Below, in pieces: positions 55,946 to 64,000 of a DNA stretch of 64,000 bases; within the stretch, counting starts at the first letter, position 1, and each line of letters begins with the position of its first letter. The stretch is from Candidatus Pyrohabitans jungbluthii (GTDB taxonomy: Archaea; Hydrothermarchaeota; Hydrothermarchaeia; Hydrothermarchaeales; BMS3B). The stretch covers positions 1-64,000 of the forward strand of contig MTMD02000007.1 of the NCBI GenBank assembly GCA_002010065.2. The letters are read 5' to 3'. The position numbers and the translations under genes are program-made. Below the pieces are notes generated by a model. That model worked only from the letters and a program-made list of their open reading frames with translations, had not been told where the DNA came from and searched no databases.

Positions 55946-56061
55946 CACTCACTAATCCTTCCCTGCTTTATGTCTTCAAGGCTTCTTTTTATCTTCTCTA
56001 CGAGCTCCCAGTCTATCTCTGTCCTCTCTTTAAGTTCCTCATATTCCTTCTTTGTTTGCAT
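55933..56061 (-). CDS. Small antitoxin-like ORF (42 aa), possibly partial
   Basis: MQTKKEYEELKERTEIDWELVEKIKRSLEDIKQGRISEWYTK; the SLEDIKxGR tail is typical of RelE-partner antitoxins. Confidence 0.55.
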   Translation of the reverse strand: MQTKKEYEELKERTEIDWELVEKIKRSLEDIKQGRISEWYTK

Positions 56062-56069
56062 GCCCACAG

Positions 56070-56456
56070 CTACCAGCTTCTCACCTTAAGCCCTTTAATT
56101 CTGCTGAAGTGCTTCACATTTCTTGTAATCAGCGTGAGGTCATACGTTGCCACCGTCGCTGCAATCATCACATCCCTCACATCTAGGCTGAGCCCCTCCT
56201 TCTTCAGGGTTGCAAAGATTTCCCCCGCCCTCTCAGCGCAGGCATCGTCGAAGGTGAGGATGTGAAACTTGGACAGCAGATTTTTAGCCTCTCTGACGGC
56301 TCTCCCGCCGGTGTAATATGCGCCGGCGTAGAGCTCGAAGGCATTTATGACGGTGGTGAACCTCACCCTCTCCCTGTCCAGCTCCTCAATCACCGGCACA
56401 GCACTCTTATCCCCCCTGAGCACCGCCACGAGGAAGTCGGTATCCACGCACTTCAA
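56070..56456 (-). CDS. vapC: VapC PIN-domain toxin
   Basis: VDTDFL, FELYAG, DVMIAAT, ITRNVKHF. Confidence 0.93.
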   Translation of the reverse strand: MKCVDTDFLVAVLRGDKSAVPVIEELDRERVRFTTVINAFELYAGAYYTGGRAVREAKNLLSKFHILTFDDACAERAGEIFATLKKEGLSLDVRDVMIAATVATYDLTLITRNVKHFSRIKGLKVRSW

Positions 56457-56659
56457 GGCATAGCCTCCGTGTACTTCTTCCAGGCTTTCCTGAGGTCTTT
56501 CATAACCTCCTCATCTATACTGCACCTGCCAAAGCTGTCCATAATCCTGCCCTCCTTTGCAACAAGCCGCTTGATGACGTCGGAGAAACTCTCGTCTCTC
56601 CTCTTCACACTCTTCAGGAGGTTGTAGCTCTCCTCCGTAATAGTAATGGTCTTTGCCAT
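56453..56659 (-). CDS. vapB: VapB antitoxin (archaeal RHH/DUF217 type)
   Basis: MAKTITITEESYNLL...ESFSDVIKRL; overlaps vapC. Confidence 0.88.
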   Translation of the reverse strand: MAKTITITEESYNLLKSVKRRDESFSDVIKRLVAKEGRIMDSFGRCSIDEEVMKDLRKAWKKYTEAMP

Positions 56660-56745
56660 GTATGTTTAAACTTATGTTCACATCTTAAAACTCGAAACCC
56701 CACAAACTTTTTTATTCTACACCCTGAATTTAGCATGGTGGTGTG

Positions 56746-57888
56746 ATGTACAAAATCGCTGTGATACCCGGTGATGGAGTCGGGCCTGAGGTGATGCAGG
56801 AAGGTATAAAGGTTCTTGAGGCGGCTGGAGAAGTGGCTAATATAGACTTCGAGTGGGTTCGCTACCCCTTCGGCGCGGAGCATTACCTTGCCACTGGAGA
56901 GATTCTCGGCGAGGATGCGCTGAAGGAAATCTCCGGCTGCGATGCAATTTACCTCGCGGCCGTGGGTGACCCGCGCGTTAAGCCGGGCATCCTGGAGCAG
57001 GGCATCCTGCTGAAGCTGCGCTTCTACTTCGACCAGTATGTGAACCTGCGCCCCGTGAAGCTTTACCCCGGCATCCCTACGCCGCTGAAGGATAAGAAGC
57101 CCGAGGACATAAACTTCTTTGTGGTGAGGGAGAACACAGAAGACTTCTACGTTGGCGTGGGTGCGAGGGTGACTTCGCCAAAGCAAAGGGAAGAGCTTGA
57201 AGTTAAGCGCGAGCTGTACGAACTCAAATTTGGGGTGGATATAACAAAGGAGAGAAGCGAGGAGGTAGCCTTTCAGATAGGCGTGATCTCCCGCGAGGGT
57301 GCGGAGCGCGTGATTCGCTACGCCTTCGAGCTGGCGAAGCGTCAGGGCATGCACAGGGTGACAAGCGTGGACAAGGCGAATGTGCTCACCCACGTTTACT
57401 CCCTGTGGCGGGAGGTGTTTGAAGAGGTGGCGAAAGGTTACGCTGAGATGGAAACGGAGTTTAACTACGTGGATGCGATAACCATGTACTTCCTCACTAT
57501 GCCGGAGCATTTTCAGGTTATCGTGACCCCCAACATGTTCGGGGACATAATCACCGATCTGGGTGCGCAGATTCAGGGGGGCATAGGCCTAGCACCCAGC
57601 GGGAATATAAATCCTGACGGAGTGAGCATGTTTGAGCCGGTGCACGGCTCTGCGCCCAATCTGAAGGGCAAAGGGTTAGCGAACCCTGTGGCTCAGATAC
57701 TTGCAGGAGCGCTCATGCTCCAGGAACTCGGCGAGGCTGAGGCTTCACGCCTGGTTGAGCAGGCGGTGGCAGAGACGCTGCGCTCAGGCGTGCGCACACC
57801 CGACATAGGTGGCAGCGCCTCAACAGCGCAGGTGGGCTCGGCGATAGCGGCGAAGGTGAAAGAGCTGGCTGAGAATGGAGGAGATTGA
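56746..57888 (+). CDS. leuB: 3-isopropylmalate dehydrogenase family enzyme
   Basis: [43 protein letters not shown]; exact substrate not determinable. Confidence 0.8.
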   Translation: MYKIAVIPGDGVGPEVMQEGIKVLEAAGEVANIDFEWVRYPFGAEHYLATGEILGEDALKEISGCDAIYLAAVGDPRVKPGILEQGILLKLRFYFDQYVNLRPVKLYPGIPTPLKDKKPEDINFFVVRENTEDFYVGVGARVTSPKQREELEVKRELYELKFGVDITKERSEEVAFQIGVISREGAERVIRYAFELAKRQGMHRVTSVDKANVLTHVYSLWREVFEEVAKGYAEMETEFNYVDAITMYFLTMPEHFQVIVTPNMFGDIITDLGAQIQGGIGLAPSGNINPDGVSMFEPVHGSAPNLKGKGLANPVAQILAGALMLQELGEAEASRLVEQAVAETLRSGVRTPDIGGSASTAQVGSAIAAKVKELAENGGD

Positions 57889-58786
57889 GAAGCGAGTGGT
57901 GGAGTTTCTCAGGCAGCATGGCGTAGCCCTAGGAAAGGAGCTTTACGAGAGCCTGGGCATAGACTCCTTTCTGCTGTGGCGCACCTGCATGCTGAGCAGA
58001 CGCATAGTAACCAGGCGAGTGGGAAGGCGCTACCTCCGCCTGGATAGGCGCGTCGAGGGCTACGCTAGGCTTTCGCCTTCGATTCAGCGGGAATTTCTTA
58101 CCTACACCGTCGTCGGACTAAAGGAGCAGGAGCGCGAGGTAGCGGCGAGGGCAGCGCAGCTTGAGAGGGAAATCGCGGAGATAAGCGCGCAGAAGCTAAG
58201 GTTAGCGAAGCGTGTGGTTGAGGAGGCGATTGAGAGACTTGGCAGCGAGAGAGTGGCGCTTCTCAGCAAAGCGTGCTTTGTAATAGGAGGCGACGTGCCC
58301 TTGGGAATGGCGCACGCAGACCCTCGCCCGGAACGCAGCACCGGTGAGCTTGTGGCGGGCTCCGACTTAGACCTGGTGGTCATCCTCGGCGATGAGGTTA
58401 GCCATGAGATTGAGGAAAAGCTGGACAGCGCGCTCTTTGAGATAAAGCACCGCCTGCTTGCGATGCCCCGCAAGGAGGAGCTTGACTACCTGATTAAAAG
58501 GTGGAGCAGGGTGAAGGAGCAGCTCAGCTTCGCAAGCTTCGAGGATATGGTGGCGTGCAAGATACTCGACGAGGCGAAGCTTCTCGCGGGTAGCAAAGAA
58601 ATGCTCTCAAGGCTCAGGGAGGAAATGCGCCAGCGTAGTGTGGTTGCGAAGCTTCGCGAACTCGAGAGGCGAGCACAGGAGTATCGCAGATGGAGCGAGG
58701 AGGTGCTCCTCGCAACGCCTCAGCCAGAGGAAGAGCTTCTGCTGCGCACCTTCACCACTACCATAGAGGCGAGTGAGATTTTCTAG
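57875..58786 (+). CDS. Conserved hypothetical protein with nucleotidyltransferase-like motif
   Basis: FVIGGDV...GSDLDLVVIL...ELDYLIK. Confidence 0.6.
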   Translation: MEEIEKRVVEFLRQHGVALGKELYESLGIDSFLLWRTCMLSRRIVTRRVGRRYLRLDRRVEGYARLSPSIQREFLTYTVVGLKEQEREVAARAAQLEREIAEISAQKLRLAKRVVEEAIERLGSERVALLSKACFVIGGDVPLGMAHADPRPERSTGELVAGSDLDLVVILGDEVSHEIEEKLDSALFEIKHRLLAMPRKEELDYLIKRWSRVKEQLSFASFEDMVACKILDEAKLLAGSKEMLSRLREEMRQRSVVAKLRELERRAQEYRRWSEEVLLATPQPEEELLLRTFTTTIEASEIF

Positions 58787-58822
58787 GCGAACCCTTTTAT
58801 TGCCAGAATCCTAACTAAAAAC

Positions 58823-60520
58823 ATGCCTAAAATCCGCGTGCTCAGCGAGAGCATTGCAAGCAAAATCGCCGCTGGGGAGGTGGTGGAGCGTCCCGCAAGC
58901 GTTGTCAAGGAGCTGGTGGAGAACAGCCTGGACGCGAGCGCTACCCGCATAGCTGTGGAGATTCGCGATGGAGGCAAGAGCTACATCCGCGTTAGCGACG
59001 ACGGCTTTGGGATGAGTCGCGAGGATGCGCGCCTAGCCTTCGAAAGGCATGCGACGAGCAAAATTTCCAGCTTCGAAGACCTCTACGCCGTTCGTAGCCT
59101 GGGCTTCCGTGGCGAGGCGTTGCCCAGCATAGCGAGCGTGGCAAAGGTTACTATGGAGACCAGGGAGAAGCACAGCCTCGAGGGTACCCGCGTAGTGGTT
59201 GAAGGCGGGAAGGTGCTCAGCCTTGAAGCCTGGGGCTGTCCCCCAGGCACGAGTGTTGTGGTGGAGAGACTATTCTTCAACACTCCGGCGAGGCGAAAGT
59301 TTCTCAAAAGCGATGCCACAGAGGCGAGAGAGATTGTCGCGGTGCTTACGCGCTACGTGCTCGCCTTTCCGGAGGTACACTTCGAGTTTTTCAAAGACGG
59401 AAGGCGCAGTTTAGTTGCGCCTAAGGGTAGCCTTAGAGACAGGCTGGCGCTGCTCTTTGGTAAAGAGGCAGTGATGCAGATGCGGGAGGTGGAGGCTGAG
59501 AAAGACGGCTACCGCATCTCTGGTTTTGTATCGCTGCCTTCGCTGAGCAGAGCCTCGCGGGGGGAGCAGTACCTCTTCGTCAACCGCCGCTTCGTCAAAA
59601 GCAGGCTGCTCAACATTGCCCTGGATGAAGCATACCATACCCTTCTGCCCAGGCATCGCTATCCCCTCGCCTTCATCTTCCTCGAGCTTGACCCTGCGCA
59701 GGTGGACGTGAATGTGCACCCTGCAAAAATCGAGGTGAAGTTTAAAGAGGAGGAGAAGCTTCGCCAGCTCTTAGTGGAGGCGATTCGTGAGGCGCTGCTC
59801 ACACCTGCGAAGGCACAGGTGATGCCCCAGAGGCAGCTCAGCCTCCAAGTTGAGCGCGCTCCCGCGGAAAGCGTGGTGAGGGAGGCGAAGGCTGATTACG
59901 CCTTGCAGCTTCATCAAAGCGAGCCAAACTACACCCTTTTTTTCAGGCAGCTTAAACCCCTCGCCCAGCTCCACAACACCTACATCCTCGCGGAAAGCAG
60001 CGAGGGTTTAGTGCTAATAGACCAGCATGCGGCTCATGAGCGGGTGCTCTTTGAGAGGTTCAGGGCACAGCTTGAAGAGGCAAAGCTGGAGAAGCAGGAG
60101 CTACTCTCGCCGGCGCTTATTGAGCTTTCCCCCCGCGAGGCTGCGATACTCGAGGAAAACCTCGAGCTGATCTCGGAGCTGGGCTTCGAAATTGAGAGCT
60201 TCGGGGAGAGGAGCTACCTTGTTAAGGCGGTACCCCTTTTCCTGGGCAGGGCGGTGGAGAAGGAGGAGATTTACGAGATAATCCACTCACTGATAGAGGC
60301 GGGGAGCATAAGGCAGCGGGAGCAGCGCAGGGAGGAGATGATATACCGCGTTGCCTGCAAGAAGGCTGTGAAGGCCGGAGATTACCTGACAATGGATGAT
60401 ATGCTCGCGCTACTTGCCCACCTCAGCAGAACTTCTCAACCCACCACCTGCCCCCATGGAAGGCCGACAATGATCACCCTGGACTTAAAGGAGATTGAGA
60501 GGAGGTTTAAGCGGAGCTAG
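58823..60520 (+). CDS. mutL: DNA mismatch repair endonuclease MutL
   Basis: IAAGEVVERP, KELVENSLDA, GFRGEAL, DQHAAHER, ACK, CPHGRP. Confidence 0.97.
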   Translation: MPKIRVLSESIASKIAAGEVVERPASVVKELVENSLDASATRIAVEIRDGGKSYIRVSDDGFGMSREDARLAFERHATSKISSFEDLYAVRSLGFRGEALPSIASVAKVTMETREKHSLEGTRVVVEGGKVLSLEAWGCPPGTSVVVERLFFNTPARRKFLKSDATEAREIVAVLTRYVLAFPEVHFEFFKDGRRSLVAPKGSLRDRLALLFGKEAVMQMREVEAEKDGYRISGFVSLPSLSRASRGEQYLFVNRRFVKSRLLNIALDEAYHTLLPRHRYPLAFIFLELDPAQVDVNVHPAKIEVKFKEEEKLRQLLVEAIREALLTPAKAQVMPQRQLSLQVERAPAESVVREAKADYALQLHQSEPNYTLFFRQLKPLAQLHNTYILAESSEGLVLIDQHAAHERVLFERFRAQLEEAKLEKQELLSPALIELSPREAAILEENLELISELGFEIESFGERSYLVKAVPLFLGRAVEKEEIYEIIHSLIEAGSIRQREQRREEMIYRVACKKAVKAGDYLTMDDMLALLAHLSRTSQPTTCPHGRPTMITLDLKEIERRFKRS

Positions 60521-60544
60521 TAATACTTTTATTTAGTGTGCTCC

Positions 60545-60675
60545 GGGTCTTGGTAGCTGTTCCCGGGAGAAGGATTTCAAGCTCATCTCCCTTTTCATCC
60601 AGATCAAACACCATGTTCTCTGCCACCAGCTCATATTTTTCCACCCTTTCGCAGGCGCAGGTAGAGGGCGCCTAT
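60545..60675 (-). pseudogene. Frameshifted DUF2283-like remnant
   Basis: GALYLRLRKG then, in another frame, VEKYELVAENMVFDLDEKGDELEIL. Confidence 0.5.
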
Positions 60676-60948
60676 CTTCTTGACCTTGGCTACCCAAAAC
60701 TTTTAATAACATCTGGCAGAGATAATACTTAATGAAGCTAAGAATAGGAACCTCTGGCGAAATGGCTCACAATGTTGGCTACATACCTCTCATTTTATCT
60801 GTAGCAGAGAGTTTGGAGAAGTTTCCGGGTAACGCAAGGGTTTTCGAGGTAAAGAAGGAGTACACATGGAGGATTATGAGTATAGAGGGGGACTACAGAT
60901 ATTTGACGGCTTTCCAGCTCCAGAATAGCAACCTACGGCGGAAAAATG

Positions 60949-61116
60949 CTTTTCCTCTTCTTCGCTGTAGACCATTTTCGTCTCTTCATCCTCGTCTTTC
61001 AGTATCTCTTCGAGCACAAAGTTCACAAATTCCTCCACTGAAGCAAATTCTTTGCTGTCTTCAACACGTTTCTTTATCTCTCCATATATCTTATCTTTTA
61101 TCTCGATTTTCACCAC
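60949..61116 (-). pseudogene. RHH/CopG-like protein, 3'-truncated
   Basis: FASVEEFVNFVLEEIL...VYSEEEEK then unrelated sequence; relatives as recalled end ...ERLxxLGY. Confidence 0.55.
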
Positions 61117-61251
61117 TTTACCACCTCAAATTATTTATCCTTTTTCAACTTTACTTCTTAACTTCGCATTTTCATAGCCTCTATTTGAAGCCAGATATAT
61201 AAAGAATGATTTAATCAAATACTATTAGCTGTGTTTGATCGGAATTAATGA

Positions 61252-62616
61252 CTATAAACTTATCTTGATTATGATGCTCTTTATCTCTTTCTTTATCTTC
61301 TTCATCAGCTCCCTGTCATAGTCATCTATTTCTAGTATTTCTTTAAATATAATTCTTATACCCTCCCTTCTTATATATTTATATCTAAGTAAGAATCCGA
61401 TAAGGCCGTTTATAATGAAAGCTAATGCGAATCCATATAAACCGCCGAGTAATATTAAAATGATACCTAAAAGAAGGAAAGTCATCGTACTTATGGCATA
61501 TATTATGAAGAGATACTTTTGTGCTCTTAGACCAAAAAACAATGGGCGCATAGTCAAATTAAGTGCGTAAACTAAAGAAATGAAAATCAATATCTGAAAT
61601 ATCCTTGCTGATTCTGAATAAGAACTGCCAAAGAATATATTGAATGCAAAAGGAGAAAGTATTATGGAGAGTGTAATAATTGGTAGAGAAAACCATATTG
61701 AATATTTAATGCTTTTGTTAATTATCTTGTTTATTCTTTCAATATTTTTAATCTCTTTGGAGATAACAGGCATCAGTACATTCTCAAGAGGAGAAAATAA
61801 AAAAATTGTATACCTAACTGCTTTTCTAGCAACGTTAAATATCGCAACTGCTTCAACACCAAGGAAAAACTGGATTAACCATGGTTGGATGTTATCGGTT
61901 AATTTTTTAAGTGGCCGTATCCCAATTGCCCATTTCCCATGAGATGTCACAGTTTTCAAGAAAAAGTTTTCTTTTGGTCTTGAAATTGAAAAATAACCTT
62001 TTATTATTCTGAGATAATTAGGAAAAATTAAAAGAAGAGAGGTAAATGATGAGAGAGGATACGCAAGCATTACACCATAGAGACCAAGTTCTAAGTGATA
62101 GCCAAATAATATAACATAGATAAGTTTAAAGAAACTTTCTCCCACATTTAAAGAAAAAATAGACTTAAAATCAAGATGAGAATTGAAAGTAGTTAGGAAT
62201 ATATTCTTCCCAGCAGTTGTGATTATTAAAAATGCAGATATCTTGACTAGTTCGCTAACTATCTCTGAGTATCTCTGCTCGAAATATGTATTTGACAAAA
62301 ATATGATCACGAATAAGAAAAAACCAGAAAAAATCTCAACTTGAGAATAGTGGTAAAGAAGTGATTTTACCTTATCATAGCGCTTGGCTCCCCTTTCCCT
62401 TGATGCATCTGCTGTTATAACCCCTCCTATACCAGGGTCAAGTAAAGTGCCTGCAATGCTTATAGCGGAAGAAGCGAGGACTATCAGGCCATATTCAAAT
62501 CTTCCAAGTATCCTGACAATTACTATGAAACTCAGAAGACCAAAAATTCCTGTAATTATATTTGCTAGGCTTATTAGTGCTGTTCCTTCTGCAATTTTAC
62601 GAGCTAAGGATGTCAT
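61252..62616 (-). CDS. Wzx-like oligosaccharide flippase
   Basis: LARKIAEGT, ILGRFEYG, multi-TM, FLGVEAVAIFNVA; very AT-rich. Confidence 0.88.
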   Translation of the reverse strand: MTSLARKIAEGTALISLANIITGIFGLLSFIVIVRILGRFEYGLIVLASSAISIAGTLLDPGIGGVITADASRERGAKRYDKVKSLLYHYSQVEIFSGFFLFVIIFLSNTYFEQRYSEIVSELVKISAFLIITTAGKNIFLTTFNSHLDFKSIFSLNVGESFFKLIYVILFGYHLELGLYGVMLAYPLSSFTSLLLIFPNYLRIIKGYFSISRPKENFFLKTVTSHGKWAIGIRPLKKLTDNIQPWLIQFFLGVEAVAIFNVARKAVRYTIFLFSPLENVLMPVISKEIKNIERINKIINKSIKYSIWFSLPIITLSIILSPFAFNIFFGSSYSESARIFQILIFISLVYALNLTMRPLFFGLRAQKYLFIIYAISTMTFLLLGIILILLGGLYGFALAFIINGLIGFLLRYKYIRREGIRIIFKEILEIDDYDRELMKKIKKEIKSIIIKISL

Positions 62617-62679
62617 GATTTTTGATTAGAAAGTATAGATATTAAAATCTATTCTTAGGTAGCCCCCTAGCTACTCTTT

Positions 62680-64000
62680 TTACTTTTTGTTTAATTTTTC
62701 CAATGTTTTTAATTCTCTAATTTTTCGCCTGATTCTTTCTTTTTCAGTATATTCTTGATATTTTATTGGCATTTTAGCATATTTGCTATCCCCATTAAAA
62801 ATATCCTTTAATACTCTTCCGTCCATGTCCTTTGGGATAGGTATGTCGAATAAATGTAAAACTGTTGGAGCAATATCTGTAATTTCAATTTCTCCTAATT
62901 TCTTTCCCTTTTTAATATCATGACCATAGGCGATAAAAATACCTTCTCTTGCTTTTTCGTGACGCCCTATGATTTTAGTTTCCTTTCTTTTATTAAATAT
63001 GTTTTTGGATAAGGAAGTGGTAGTATTAAAATATTCTGAGGCTAAATATACAATATCTGGAATATGAGAAATATATCTTCCATCAAACACTTCTTCTCTT
63101 TTCCATACATTTTCTAAAACTCTTTTTCCATCTTTGTTAAGATGCTTTAGTTTACTAATTATCTCTTCTCTTATCTTTTCATAATCCTGATCTTGACGCA
63201 GATTCTTTTTAATTATCTTTATTCCCAATGGATTAGCGCCGTAAGCTATTGCTATTGTATCGTTATGATTTACACCCCATGGAAAATATATATTTTCTTT
63301 TTTTTGAGTTAAACTCTTTTCATACCAATTATCTAAAATTAATTTATTAACCAATTTATTTATATTATATTTTAGAGATTTAAAATGCTTCAATAAAATC
63401 CTTCCGACACGATATTTTGCAAATGAATAGGCTTTATATGTTAACCACTGTCGAAGTCTATTTCCTTTTAATTTAAGGTATCCCTGATCCAATAACCATG
63501 AATTAACATTAAACTCATATATTGCAGGTCCATGGAATCCATGATCAGATATTATGAAAATCTCCATATTTTGGAAGTTTTTAATGATGTCACTTAAAAT
63601 TTTATCGACTTCTTTAAAAAAATCCAAAATAATATCTTTATAATTCCAATACCAATGTTGAATCGAATCTGTTTCTTCAATCCAGTATATTATGAAATCA
63701 TATTTACGTTCCTTTGTAAGATTTTTGAATATCTTATATCTTCGCCACATTCTTTGAACATAAAGGGAAAATAACCTTTCATCAAAAATTTTTTCTTTCC
63801 ATAATTTTTTAAGCTCTTCGTTCTCTAAATGAAACCCTTTAACTTTATTTTTTAAATCCGGTGGATATGTGTATTCACTATCTTCAGAAGGCGGCAATCC
63901 AGAAATCATAATTCCATTTATTTTTTTAGGCGGATATGTCATTCGCAAGTTAATAATCATCGATTTATATCCATATTCACCTAGTATATCCCAAATAGCT
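62680..64000 (-). CDS. Alkaline-phosphatase-superfamily phosphodiesterase/nucleotide pyrophosphatase; 5' end outside the window
   Basis: IWDILG...TYPP, TDSIQH, ISDHGF, PDIV, GRH, DIAPTVL, MDGRVL; frame open to the window edge. Confidence 0.88.
   Translation of the reverse strand, partial: AIWDILGEYGYKSMIINLRMTYPPKKINGIMISGLPPSEDSEYTYPPDLKNKVKGFHLENEELKKLWKEKIFDERLFSLYVQRMWRRYKIFKNLTKERKYDFIIYWIEETDSIQHWYWNYKDIILDFFKEVDKILSDIIKNFQNMEIFIISDHGFHGPAIYEFNVNSWLLDQGYLKLKGNRLRQWLTYKAYSFAKYRVGRILLKHFKSLKYNINKLVNKLILDNWYEKSLTQKKENIYFPWGVNHNDTIAIAYGANPLGIKIIKKNLRQDQDYEKIREEIISKLKHLNKDGKRVLENVWKREEVFDGRYISHIPDIVYLASEYFNTTTSLSKNIFNKRKETKIIGRHEKAREGIFIAYGHDIKKGKKLGEIEITDIAPTVLHLFDIPIPKDMDGRVLKDIFNGDSKYAKMPIKYQEYTEKERIRRKIRELKTLEKLNKK

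Noticed and set aside
60732-61202. 156-aa plus-strand ORF as a real gene
   Set aside because: The second half is antisense to the RHH gene and the first half has no recognisable motif

Overview
Archaeal chromosomal segment of moderate GC (mid-50s % by eye) that ends in a sharply AT-rich glycosylation island from about 61 kb. Archaeal markers include RFC small subunit, Cdc6/Orc1, thermosome, aTrm56, Tsr3, pantoate kinase/PPS and GGPP synthase. They co-occur with dsrAB, a methanogenesis-marker-12-like gene, class II HMG-CoA reductase, mutL and a CGP-CTERM surface protein, which suggests a sulfite-reducing euryarchaeote such as Ca. Hydrothermarchaeota (inference, not verified). Modules: cobalt uptake (cbiMNQO, cbiX); a 1943-aa secreted surface protein with a membrane-anchored partner; a copper locus (CopR, YHS chaperone, thioredoxin, CopA); CoA biosynthesis; a ThrC-like/ubiquitin-like sulfur-relay operon; ferredoxins and dsrAB; toxin-antitoxin loci; several gene scars. 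Best candidates for undescribed systems: (1) an ArsR regulator with a putative B12-binding beta-grasp domain whose own promoter shares an 18-bp palindrome with the cbiM promoter; (2) an operon divergent from dsrAB encoding a HemA paralog without the catalytic Cys plus two tiny paralogous proteins; (3) a six-gene sulfur-carrier operon beside dsrAB; (4) a two-component giant surface-layer locus. No rRNA, tRNA, CRISPR array or transposase was recognised. All family assignments come from motif recognition by eye.
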